From Polyangiales bacterium (GTDB taxonomy: Bacteria; Myxococcota_A; Polyangia; Polyangiales; Houyiibacteriaceae), in contig JBGCFM010000039.1 in NCBI GenBank assembly GCA_045106895.1, positions 64,001 through 128,000 on the forward strand: a DNA stretch of 64,000 bases, given 5' to 3'. The notes under the pieces were generated by a model. The model was not told the DNA's origin. It saw only the letters and a program-made list of their open reading frames with translations, and searched no databases. Below are positions 48,101 through 56,273 of the stretch, one piece after another. The stretch's first letter is position 1; each line of letters begins with the position of its first letter. Made by a program: the position numbers and the translations under genes.

Positions 48101-49368
48101 GGCTCTTGAGGCGAGGTCCGTCGCGCACACGTGAGCTCTTCGAAGCGGAGCGTGGGGTCCTCGGCGGCCCGCGCGATGAAGGCCTGGAGGCTTGGTCCGC
48201 CGGAGGTGAAGTCCCAGAGCGCGTCCAAGGTCGCGTCGCCCATCGTCGCTCCGAAGGCCGCCGCGAGTTCCGCAGCCTGGGCGCGTTCATAGCGGGGCGC
48301 CGGACAACATTCCGCGCCCGCCCGCTCAAGTTCAATAGCGAGGTCCTCCGAGGCGTCGAGGATGACGACGACGCCCTGGAGAGCCAAGGCGGCGCGAACG
48401 AGGGCGCAGAGAGCAACGCGCGCTTCCTCGTCGGGGCGGCCGGCCATGCGGGCGACGAAAGGCACGTCCAGAGCAGCGAAGTGCTCGACCACGCGCGCGG
48501 CGAGGTTGGAGTCCTGGGTCGCGTCGGCGTCGGGCTCCGCTTCTTCGGCGAGCGTCAGAAGCGGCGCCTGGCCTGAACCAAAACGAAGGACGCGGGCTTC
48601 GCCTCCACTAGAAAAGTGTGCGCCAAAGAGGGCTTCCTCGGCACGCTCGGGACACGCCCCTTGGTAGACGCGGGCGTCCGCCGCCGGCTCAAAGGGGAGA
48701 CGAAGGAGACGCTCGCGTTCGGCGCTGCGGTCGATGGGGCGCGCGGTGACGCCGAGGATCGACAACGCCGCCCCTGCGCTCGCCGGTCGACGCGTTGGGT
48801 CCTCTTGCGCGCACTGATCAGCGAGGGTCTTGACGAGCCCCGTCGGCGTGAATGCATGAAGCGTCTTGCCGACGGCATAGAGGTCGCTCGCCACGGAGAG
48901 CGGCTCGCCGGCGGCAAGCTCCGGCGCGAGGTATCCCGGGGTGCCGCCGACGGGAAGCTCACCGAAAAGGCGGGCCATGCCGAGGTCGATGACGCGAACT
49001 CGACCTGCCTGACCCTCGGCGTGATCATCCTCGCCACTTTGAACGAGGACGTTCTCCGGTTTGAGGTCGCCATGAGCGACACCATGACCGTGAAGACAGA
49101 CCAACGCGCGGAGTAGCCCCTCAGCGAAGGCCGTGAGATCCGTGGGCGCGCCACCCTCGATGTACTCGAAGAGCGCAGCCTCGCCGCACCATCCGTAGCA
49201 GCGGCGAAAAGACGGGTGATGAAGCTGGAGGCTGAGCTGCACTTCGCGGCTCAGGTCCGCCTTGGGGCCTTCCTTGATGAGGACCTGGCGAGCGGCTGTG
49301 GGTTCGTTGGCGCGAAACGTCGTGGGCCCAAGGGCCGTCACGGCGGAGAAACGTCTCGAATGTGTCAC
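45190..49368 (-). CDS. Sigma54-dependent activator: kinase, TPR region, GAF, AAA+ and Fis-type HTH
   Basis: HGDLKPENV/DLG/GTPGYLAPE; GAF (LRSVLCVP...GVLYLDHR); GESGTGKE, GAFTGA, LFLDEIGEM, FPGNVREL; GNKSKAARDLGVSRMTLYR. Start uncertain between 49341 and 49383. Confidence 0.92.
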   Translation of the reverse strand: MTHSRRFSAVTALGPTTFRANEPTAARQVLIKEGPKADLSREVQLSLQLHHPSFRRCYGWCGEAALFEYIEGGAPTDLTAFAEGLLRALVCLHGHGVAHGDLKPENVLVQSGEDDHAEGQAGRVRVIDLGMARLFGELPVGGTPGYLAPELAAGEPLSVASDLYAVGKTLHAFTPTGLVKTLADQCAQEDPTRRPASAGAALSILGVTARPIDRSAERERLLRLPFEPAADARVYQGACPERAEEALFGAHFSSGGEARVLRFGSGQAPLLTLAEEAEPDADATQDSNLAARVVEHFAALDVPFVARMAGRPDEEARVALCALVRAALALQGVVVILDASEDLAIELERAGAECCPAPRYERAQAAELAAAFGATMGDATLDALWDFTSGGPSLQAFIARAAEDPTLRFEELTCARRTSPQEPSDLDAMSAAKLRARASRALDAGAGRRALRYLDALEARQTRTARRDAASMRARALALTGDLRGACAIPATRLPGRLRRAEWLLRLADFDGADAEAQRALQVAKGDDAARALCVRAQAARDAGRFTEARALAIEALSVATAPVQRLRASLIEADMASAQGDAESAHAIASRALSLALTERERAEVHARLGGALAALGRWDEASINYERARKHAREAGDPQGLPAYELNYATAAHALGRYGDALAGYEKAADLARTLDRIVTVAAALTNLASLYVALECMSEARLALSRAREACARSGYALYAAQCDLIEAETHRDDPARAITLASKAHAAFEELGAPQQAMEAALLWNELSLLPGASARQLPPLDERALRAAGLGPRLALHQGLRARNDGAWESALRLAQRATSESQDPALRIRGRTLCVECLTRLRPTESEEAQNALRLERETIAETLPPGLRRRFLPAPFDVRRGADGGLGEAARRLMALSRRVLLEPDESRVLRAALDEAVAITGAERAFLLRRGPRGAHHVLAARNLDGESVKRSRERFSRSIVEGVFETGESTLVAQANEDPDLASVRSVHEMGLRSVLCVPVHSPSAIVGVLYLDHRFAAAAFGPHEREWLMALGDVLGLGLENARLHAAAAARAEVLERETVDARRLNERQALEIARLQNTLAAPMEAHGLVGGSRAIQDAIRLATKVAPSMLPVLIEGESGTGKELFARLVHQRSERERGPLLAINCGAMTESLLESELFGHVRGAFTGALRDHPGLFRSAEGGTLFLDEIGEMPLRMQARLLRVLQENEIRPVGGNQTLSVDVRIVAATNRDLRQEIDAGRFRQDLYYRLAGVQVELPALRDRSEDLGELVAALSPADMRRLSPGAMRALIDHDFPGNVRELKQMLERAHLVAEGEFIAAEDLFTRSALPVSRQRAHAELDRSLIVAALRDADGNKSKAARDLGVSRMTLYRWMERHAIDRE

Positions 49369-49438
49369 ATATTCGATACACATACATGTATCACGTTACA
49401 TCTCGCATGCAAAAACACCTGCGATCCGCGTGCTTTTC

Positions 49439-49455
49439 TTGGCCTGTCTCTTGCG
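49439..49455 (+). promoter_or_regulatory. Sigma54 -24/-12 promoter
   Basis: TTGGCCTGTCTCTTGCG gives GG(49441-42)-N10-GC(49453-54); AAGGAG RBS and ATG at 49480 follow; divergent from a sigma54 activator gene. Confidence 0.75.
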
Positions 49456-49479
49456 ATGAAAGGCGGCAAGGAGACTTAA

Positions 49480-50478
49480 ATGATGATGCGATGGATATGT
49501 TTGATTCCGGTTCTTTGTTGGGGATGCACGGCGGAGCCAGTGACCTCTTCGACGCTCTCTGCCGTTCGATGCGGCCCAGGCCTCGGTTGCCCAGCGGCGT
49601 CCGAATGTGAAGCCGGGGTCTGCGTGGAAGCGTGCGCAAGCGACGCCGATTGCAGCAGCCCAGGCGTGTGCCGAGACGGCGGCTGCTACGGCGATACAGA
49701 CATGGCGGCGGACTGCGCCGCGAGTGATGATTGCGCGATGGGCGAGGTCTGCCGTGAAGGGTCATGCGCCGCCCTTCCCGCTCCGTTGTCCTGCGCTGCC
49801 GACTCAGACTGCGGTGCCGGCGCCTACTGCCTGGCAGGCGAGTGCATCTTCGACGAAGGCGGCGCCGAGTGCGCGGCTAGCGCCGAATGCGCGGAAGGCG
49901 AGATCTGCCTTGGGGACCGCTGCGCCGCGGCCACCGAGGGTGAAGTGTGCGGTAATGGATTCGACGACGACATGGACGGATTCGTCGACGAAGACTGCGG
50001 CTCCGAGTGCCTGAGCGACCGCGACTGCGCCGTCGGCGAAGGTTGCAACGCGGGTCTGTGCGAAGCGCTCGGCGCGACGGAGATTTGCGGCAACGGCATC
50101 GACGACGACAGGGACGGAACCATCGACGAAGACTGCGACACGGCGTGCAGCGCCGACTCCGAATGCGCCGCCGGCGAGCGCTGCTTCGATGGAGCATGCA
50201 TGAGCGGTGACGAAGAGATCTGCGGCAACGGCATCGACGACAACATGGACGGAACCATCGACGAAGACTGCGACACGGCGTGCAGCGCCGACTCCGACTG
50301 CGACGCCGGTGAGAGCTGCTTCGATGGAGCGTGCGCGAGCGGTGACGAAGATATCTGCGGCAACGGTGTCGACGACGACATGGACGGCAGCGTCGACGAG
50401 GGCTGCCGCGGATGCGAGAACGACGCGATGTGCGCCGAAGGCGAGAGCTGCGTGTCCGGGGTCTGCCTGGCCGCGTAA
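49480..50478 (+). CDS. Cys-rich repeat lipoprotein
   Basis: Alternating C..D.DC..G..C..G.C and EICGNG.DD..DG..DE.C units; near-identical 135-nt units start at 50080 and 50215. Confidence 0.85.
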   Translation: MMMRWICLIPVLCWGCTAEPVTSSTLSAVRCGPGLGCPAASECEAGVCVEACASDADCSSPGVCRDGGCYGDTDMAADCAASDDCAMGEVCREGSCAALPAPLSCAADSDCGAGAYCLAGECIFDEGGAECAASAECAEGEICLGDRCAAATEGEVCGNGFDDDMDGFVDEDCGSECLSDRDCAVGEGCNAGLCEALGATEICGNGIDDDRDGTIDEDCDTACSADSECAAGERCFDGACMSGDEEICGNGIDDNMDGTIDEDCDTACSADSDCDAGESCFDGACASGDEDICGNGVDDDMDGSVDEGCRGCENDAMCAEGESCVSGVCLAA

Positions 50479-50490
50479 AGCGTTTCCCAT

Positions 50491-50532
50491 GAGCCCGCCG
50501 CGCCTCCCCGCGCGGTGGGCTCTCTCTATTTT
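50491..50532 (+). terminator. Intrinsic terminator
   Basis: GAGCCCGCCGCGC-N6-GCGCGGTGGGCTC followed by TCTCTATTTT. Confidence 0.65.
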
Positions 50533-50580
50533 CGACCCCTTGCGCCCTTTCCGTTCTGATCGTTTCCTCCGAGCGAACCC

Positions 50581-51195
50581 ATGTTCACGACTATATTCAA
50601 GCGACTTCACTTCAGCTTTCTCTTCCTCTCGGCTTTCGCTTTGGGAGCCACGGCGTGCAACGCGACTCCGTTGCCGCAACCGCCCTCCATCGAGAGCTCG
50701 CAGCTCGAGCTACGCGCAGGTGACAACGTCACGATCCTCGCGGCGAGCGAAGGAGCCGTGAGCGACGGTTTCGCGGGAGAGGTTCGTGTCACAGCCCGGA
50801 GCGGCCGCACCACGCGCACGGTCTCGCCGGATGGGTCGTTCTTGGTCTCGGTCCCCGGAGTGATGGTCAGCGACATCCACTACGTCGAACTCATCAGCGC
50901 CGGCGAGGAGCGCTTTATTCTCGCGGTCCGAGACCTTGGCGCCGGTACCGCCCTCGCGCCGCCGGGCCCCGACGCCGATGCGGATGGGTCGCCGGACGCC
51001 ATCGACTGTGCGCCCGCAGACGAGAGCCTCGTCGGCCAGCAGTGCATGGGCATGTGCTTGGCGGACGACCTCAACTGCGATGGCCTCGACGAAGACTGCG
51101 ATGGCACAATCGACGAGGACTGCACCATGTGCAGCGCGGATGCGGAATGCCTGGCCAGCGAGGCGTGCGTCAGCGGAATGTGCATGCCGCGCTAA
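50581..51195 (+). CDS. Lipoprotein with C-terminal Cys/Asp-rich motifs
   Basis: Lipobox ATAC; DADADG.PD..DC and CDGLDEDCDGTIDEDC. Confidence 0.75.
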   Translation: MFTTIFKRLHFSFLFLSAFALGATACNATPLPQPPSIESSQLELRAGDNVTILAASEGAVSDGFAGEVRVTARSGRTTRTVSPDGSFLVSVPGVMVSDIHYVELISAGEERFILAVRDLGAGTALAPPGPDADADGSPDAIDCAPADESLVGQQCMGMCLADDLNCDGLDEDCDGTIDEDCTMCSADAECLASEACVSGMCMPR

Positions 51196-51264
51196 GGCAC
51201 GACAACGTGGGACACCTTCGTTTCCACTTCCCCAGTTCGTACACAGAACAAACGAGGGACCTCC

Positions 51265-52626
51265 TCAGCGGAACGGGTGCGGTCCGCCGGGCCAGCGGTC
51301 CACTTCGAGGCCGCTGGGAACAAAGTCGGGGACGCCGGAGGCCGGAAGGCTGCTTCGCTCACGCTCGCTGTCGAGAGCGGCGAGGAACTCGAGGAGGAGC
51401 GCGATGTCGGCGTCCGTGAGGGGCCGAAGGGGCTGGACTTCGTCGCTGAGGGTCTCGAGAATCAACGCCCGCGTGGCCGGGTCGTTTTGCACGGTCTCGG
51501 CGATGGAAGCAGGGAGGCCGGCGCCGTCGTACGCTTCGAGGGCTCCCTGAGGATCAAGGTGATGGCGCAGCGCTTCTTCGAGAGTGGCGTAGGCGCCGTT
51601 GTGCATCCACGGGCCCGTCATGCGGACGTTTCGAAGTGGTGGCACACGGAACGCGAAGCGGTCTTCGGGGCGTCCCGTGGTGTTGAAGCGGCCTTCGTCG
51701 AGGCCCGGACGCAGGTCCGTGGTGCCGTCGGACATCATCGGCGCGAAGCCTGGGCCGAGCTGCGGGACACCGATATTGAAGAAGCCTGTGCCGCCAAAGT
51801 CGGGGCCGTCGTGGCAGCGCACGCATCCCGCGTCACCGAAGAAGAGCGCGGCGCCAGCCTCAGCGGCGCGACTCACAGGGGTTTCCTCGCGGAGGTCCCA
51901 ATCGGACTCGGGGTGGCTCCAGAGCTCTTGTCGAAAATGCACCATGGCGCGCGCCAAGTGAGCGAAGGTGGGCGCCTCGCCGGGGAACGAAAGGTCCAGA
52001 AGGAACTCGTATTCCTCGAAGCGAAGGACGCGGCGTAGAAGTGCCTCGGCGAAGACCCGGGAGTCGTCGATCTGCGCCAACTCGTTGCGCTCGCCGAAGA
52101 CATCGACGTCCCCCGCGTCGCCACGCATCTCGCTGCGGTCAAAGAGCGGCAGCAGCACGAGGGCTTCGTCCGTGGTCCGGATGCCTTCGGGCAGCGCCAC
52201 CGGCGCGGAGATGCTTCCGTCCGGGCGTCGCTCCACGCGGCCGTCCCAGAAGAGCGCCGGCGCGTCGGCTTCCGCGAAGAGCGCCATGGAGTTTCGTGGC
52301 AACACCGCGCCTTCGCCGCGCGAACGGGTCGGCCCGAGGCCGCTGGCGCCTTGGCCTAGGGAGAGGGGCAGGTTCTCGACGGTGGTGGCGAAGGGAAAGT
52401 GACAGGTGGCGCAAGCGATGTTGCGATTGCCACTGAGCTCTCGGTCAAAGAAGAGCAGCTGGCCTAGACGAAAGAGTGGGTCGTCCGGGGGCGTAAAACG
52501 TTCCTCGGAAATGCTCGGCTGTAGTGCGAGGAGCTCGACGCGCCGGACCTCGCAGCCTCCTGCAAAGAGACTCGCGGCGACGAGGAGCACGATAGCGCTC
52601 CGTGGCTTCTGTTGGGACGTCATCAC
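51265..52626 (-). CDS. Diheme cytochrome c peroxidase / MauG-family protein
   Basis: LFFDRELSG...ACATCH, PRNS, FWDGR, CVRCH, FRVPPLRNV..TGPWMHNG. Confidence 0.9.
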   Translation of the reverse strand: MMTSQQKPRSAIVLLVAASLFAGGCEVRRVELLALQPSISEERFTPPDDPLFRLGQLLFFDRELSGNRNIACATCHFPFATTVENLPLSLGQGASGLGPTRSRGEGAVLPRNSMALFAEADAPALFWDGRVERRPDGSISAPVALPEGIRTTDEALVLLPLFDRSEMRGDAGDVDVFGERNELAQIDDSRVFAEALLRRVLRFEEYEFLLDLSFPGEAPTFAHLARAMVHFRQELWSHPESDWDLREETPVSRAAEAGAALFFGDAGCVRCHDGPDFGGTGFFNIGVPQLGPGFAPMMSDGTTDLRPGLDEGRFNTTGRPEDRFAFRVPPLRNVRMTGPWMHNGAYATLEEALRHHLDPQGALEAYDGAGLPASIAETVQNDPATRALILETLSDEVQPLRPLTDADIALLLEFLAALDSERERSSLPASGVPDFVPSGLEVDRWPGGPHPFR

Positions 52627-53807
52627 TCTGCTTTTCCAATGCTCAGGTCGATGTTCAGCGCGAGGGATGGCCCCCCGAGGCCCGAAAGGAGCTGGCCGTC
52701 TATGTCGACGCGAAACCCCGTGGACCAGCCAAGTTCAAGTTCGACGGCGGCACGAAAGATGCCGACGGCGCGCTCGTAACGAACGCTGGCGGATCCACCG
52801 AATACCGGCTCGCCAAAGCTCGTGCAGTCGACACCGCAGACATCCACCGCGGGAAGACCCGTGACCGGATCCGAGAGATCTGGGCTTCGGAAGCCTTGCA
52901 CGCCTGCTTCGAGACCGGCACGTAACGCAAGCACGTTCTTGGACCAGCGCCGTGCCCAGTATTCGACTCCGGCAAACGCCGTCGCGCCGACGAGGAGGAC
53001 ATCGGGCCCTGGGTTGGAGAGGCTTCCGTAGACTCGCACGCCGGCGAAGAGATAGCGCCAGCGACCGAGCACACGGAGCTGATGATGGACGGCGGAGCCT
53101 TGGCGGCGCCTGCCGAGGAGACCCAGTTGGTGGAGGGCGCCGCCGTAGGCGACACTGATGGCCCAAGAACACGGCCCGCGCCCAAAGCGACTCCAGCCCT
53201 CACATCGAGACAGCGCTTCGCCTTCATGGGCAGCCTGCGCGCTTCCTTCCGTGCTCTCTTCCGTCGCGGCTTCGTCATCCACAGGCTCTTCGGGTGCAGG
53301 TTCTTCCGGCGCGGACTCGTCAGGCGCTGTTTCCTCTGGGGCGGGTTCTTCCTGCGCAGGTTCCGCCGAAACGGCGTCGGCCGCCTGCTCGAGCGGCTCG
53401 ACGGGCGCGGCCGGAGGTTGCGCCGGCGAGAGAGTGGCCCCCGGAGACTCCGCCGGTGGGGCGGGCGGGCCGAGACGCACAAGCTCGGCGACGACGAGGG
53501 CGACGAGGCGCGAGCGAGCGCCCACGGCGGTCTGGCTCAAGTCGAGGTGGTTCGTCCGCTCGGGTGCTTCGTCGACGCCGAAGCGCACGCGGAGGTCTGC
53601 GGAAACAAGGGTGCAGCTGTGGACGTGCACCTGAAGCGCGGACGCAGCGGGACCCAGCTCCACGGCGAGGAGCGCGCGTACTCGCTCGGCGTCCATCCAC
53701 GGGGCGTCGCAGAGAGACACGGCAGGGGCCGGCGCGGCGCTCTCGGGCTGCGCGCGCACGGATGCGGTCAGCGCCAGCATGGCGCAGGCGACAAAGGTGC
53801 GCTTCAC
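52623..53807 (-). CDS. Putative envelope/outer-membrane partner of the ECF/FecR pair
   Basis: Signal peptide; RVRALLAVEL...RSRLVALVVAELV N-domain; Pro/Glu linker; beta-rich C-terminus; 4-bp overlaps on both sides. Confidence 0.6.
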   Translation of the reverse strand: MKRTFVACAMLALTASVRAQPESAAPAPAVSLCDAPWMDAERVRALLAVELGPAASALQVHVHSCTLVSADLRVRFGVDEAPERTNHLDLSQTAVGARSRLVALVVAELVRLGPPAPPAESPGATLSPAQPPAAPVEPLEQAADAVSAEPAQEEPAPEETAPDESAPEEPAPEEPVDDEAATEESTEGSAQAAHEGEALSRCEGWSRFGRGPCSWAISVAYGGALHQLGLLGRRRQGSAVHHQLRVLGRWRYLFAGVRVYGSLSNPGPDVLLVGATAFAGVEYWARRWSKNVLALRAGLEAGVQGFRSPDLSDPVTGLPAVDVCGVDCTSFGEPVFGGSASVRYERAVGIFRAAVELELGWSTGFRVDIDGQLLSGLGGPSLALNIDLSIGKAE

Positions 53808-54898
53808 GGCGTCGACTCGCCCGCGCCTGTCGCGTCGATGACCTCTTGCCGGTATTGACTCTGTGGATAGCGCGCCAAGAAGCGCGCAGAGGCGGCGGGC
53901 GCCGCGGGGTCTCCAGCCTGTCCCAGGCTCACGACGCGAAGCGCTTGCGCGGTCTCGCGCAGAGGACGTGGCAGCCCGATGCGTAAGCTCCGAGCGAAGC
54001 TGCGAGCCGCCGGCGCAGGACGGTCGAGGGACTCGAGTTCGATGCGCCCCTGGGTAAACGCTGCCAACGCCGCGCGGGGCGCTTCGGGGTGCTCGCTGGA
54101 GGCGCGGGCGAGCCAACGCACGGCTTGGGCATGACGCCCCTCCCGGCGAGCCGCGTCGGCGTAGCCCAGAAGGTCTTCGAGGGAAGTCTCACTTCGGGAA
54201 GCTTCGGCGGCGGGCAAGTCTGGGACGACGGTGTCCAGCGAGTCTGGGGCGACGGCATCCAGCGAGTCCGGGGCACGCTGTGGGTCCGAGCCCACCTCCG
54301 CTTCGGGCTGCTCTGTGTCGGCGGCGGCGTTGAGTATGACCTGAAGCACGTCCCCTGCTTCCAGGCGCTGCTCACCGTCGGGGACGTTCGCGCCGCGCAC
54401 CAAGACCACGCCGCGCTCGACGCGAACCGCGACGGCTTCCGGCGTGCGTTCGACGTCAAACACCGTGCCGACGACGACCACTTCGACGCCGCTCGCCACG
54501 ACGCGCCAGCGGCGTGGGCCCCTCGGTACGATGTCGAAGTGCGCGGCGCCGGAGCGAAGCGCAAAGGCAACTTCGCCTTCGATATTGCTGAGGGTGTCGA
54601 GGTTCGCGCCGGCGCCGGCGTCGATGCGCGAGCCATCCGAGAAGATATGCACGGAGTCCGAGTTCAGCTGCGCCGGCACGCTCGAGCCATCTTCGAGGGC
54701 GAGGGTCGTCTCCTCCGTGGGCCAAAGGAAGAACCCGGCGGCCAGGGCTGCGGCGACGGCGGCGAGGGCGAGCCAGCGTGTCGGCGCTTTCTTCGGCGCG
54801 CGACGCCCCTCGATTCCTGCCCACATTCGATTGACCCGGTGCTCCGGCGTTTCGTCGCGCAGTGATTCGCGCACGCGCTCTTCCATCGAAGGTTTCAT
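53804..54898 (-). CDS. FecR-domain anti-sigma factor with a C-terminal TPR domain
   Basis: Single TM; FSDGSRI...LRSGAAHFDI...VVVVGTVFDV...VERGVVLV; TPR ending FLARYPQS. Confidence 0.85.
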   Translation of the reverse strand: MKPSMEERVRESLRDETPEHRVNRMWAGIEGRRAPKKAPTRWLALAAVAAALAAGFFLWPTEETTLALEDGSSVPAQLNSDSVHIFSDGSRIDAGAGANLDTLSNIEGEVAFALRSGAAHFDIVPRGPRRWRVVASGVEVVVVGTVFDVERTPEAVAVRVERGVVLVRGANVPDGEQRLEAGDVLQVILNAAADTEQPEAEVGSDPQRAPDSLDAVAPDSLDTVVPDLPAAEASRSETSLEDLLGYADAARREGRHAQAVRWLARASSEHPEAPRAALAAFTQGRIELESLDRPAPAARSFARSLRIGLPRPLRETAQALRVVSLGQAGDPAAPAASARFLARYPQSQYRQEVIDATGAGESTP

Positions 54899-55506
54899 GG
54901 CGTCTCTCCTCTCAGCGCGTCGAGCGCCTCGCTCGCCCGCTTTACTCTTCGTTTCGCCGTGGCGAGGGAACAGCCCGCGAGGTCGGCGGTCTCTTGAAGG
55001 CTGTGTCCTTCAATATGACGAAGGGTCCAACAGATGCGATCTTCCAGGTGGAGCGTCTCGAGGACCCGGTCGACGGCGGCGAGCTCTGCGCGGTCTTCTT
55101 GGGATGCCCGCGCGGCGGCCTGGAGCGCGAGCCCTTCGTCGTCGAGGGATCGCTCGAGACCGAGCAGTCGCGTGAGCTTGCGGCGCCGGAGTTTCTTCCG
55201 CGCACGATTGAGGACGATGGAGACGAGCCACGAAGCGAGCCTCGAGGGGTCTTGAAGCGTGTCCAAGCGCGAATACGCTTGGACAAACGCGTCCTGAACG
55301 ACGTCTTCGATGTCGTGGCTGTTTCGCACGAGCCGCGCGGCGACACGTTCGACTTTGTGCACGTGCCGTCGGTAGAGAGCTTCTTCGGCCCAGCCATCTC
55401 CTCGCAGGCAGCGAGCGACGAGTTCCGCGTCCGGCGGCACATTCGTTCTTAGCGGGCGAACCTGGCCCACCTGCTCCGCCTGCTTTGCCACCTGCCTCTG
55501 CGTCAT
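54895..55506 (-). CDS. ECF RNA polymerase sigma factor
   Basis: EALYRRH, EDVVQDAFV, WLVSIVLN; region 4 EGHSLQETA...CSLATAKRRV. The ATG at 55506 is preferred over the TTG at 55539. Confidence 0.92.
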   Translation of the reverse strand: MTQRQVAKQAEQVGQVRPLRTNVPPDAELVARCLRGDGWAEEALYRRHVHKVERVAARLVRNSHDIEDVVQDAFVQAYSRLDTLQDPSRLASWLVSIVLNRARKKLRRRKLTRLLGLERSLDDEGLALQAAARASQEDRAELAAVDRVLETLHLEDRICWTLRHIEGHSLQETADLAGCSLATAKRRVKRASEALDALRGETP

Positions 55507-55785
55507 ACCCACATCACTGCCGAACCCTGAGGAGCGCAAAGTGGCTCAGGCCCCTGCTCTTTTCCTGGTTCAAGGTTCACTTTTTGAGGGTTTCAGACAT
55601 AAAACGCGACGTTCGCCCCCGAAGATAGCGAGGGTGGTGCTCGCCGCCACCCGCCGCGTCTCTGGGTGAAGCAGCTCCCCCTTGGAAGTCGAAACCTGTC
55701 GTGGCGTGAGCCGTTTCCGCGCGCTTCGGGGTCTGGTGTTTATGGGCTGCACCAGCATTCGATGTGCGGCTCGAAGGAGATGCAA

Positions 55786-56235
55786 ATGATGAGACTAAAG
55801 AAGCGCGCGAACGTCCTGCTTGTGGGGATTGCGTTGATGGGGGGGTGTTGGGAAGAGGACAGCCCCTTCCCGTTCACCGAAGGCGAGAGCCGAGAGGACC
55901 GCCAAGGCCGGGGAGGAGACTGCGACGAAGACGGTCCGCCTCCTTTTGACGCTGGGTCTCCCCTCGACGCGGGCTGGATCGACGCGGGGGACGGCGAAGG
56001 TCCACCGCCTCCGCCGGACGCACCTCCCTGCGACCCCTACGCAGGCGAATGCGCGCCGCCGGAGCCGGAGCCACACCCGGAGCCGGAGCCGCATCCAGAC
56101 CCCGACCCGTGCGACCCGTACACGGGCACCTGCGAGGCGGATCCGGATGGCGAACCGGAACCAGAACCGGAACCAGGAAACCCACCGGAAGACTGTGACC
56201 CCTACATCGACGACTGTTCGCCGCCTGTGAACTAG
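55786..56235 (+). CDS. Pro/Asp/Glu-rich lipoprotein with three CDPY...C repeats
   Basis: AAGGAG RBS; lipobox MGGC; CDPYAGEC, CDPYTGTC, CDPYIDDC. Confidence 0.7.
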   Translation: MMRLKKRANVLLVGIALMGGCWEEDSPFPFTEGESREDRQGRGGDCDEDGPPPFDAGSPLDAGWIDAGDGEGPPPPPDAPPCDPYAGECAPPEPEPHPEPEPHPDPDPCDPYTGTCEADPDGEPEPEPEPGNPPEDCDPYIDDCSPPVN

Positions 56236-56273
56236 GTGCGTTGGGCTCGCGGGGCGGGCGTGTATCATGGGAT

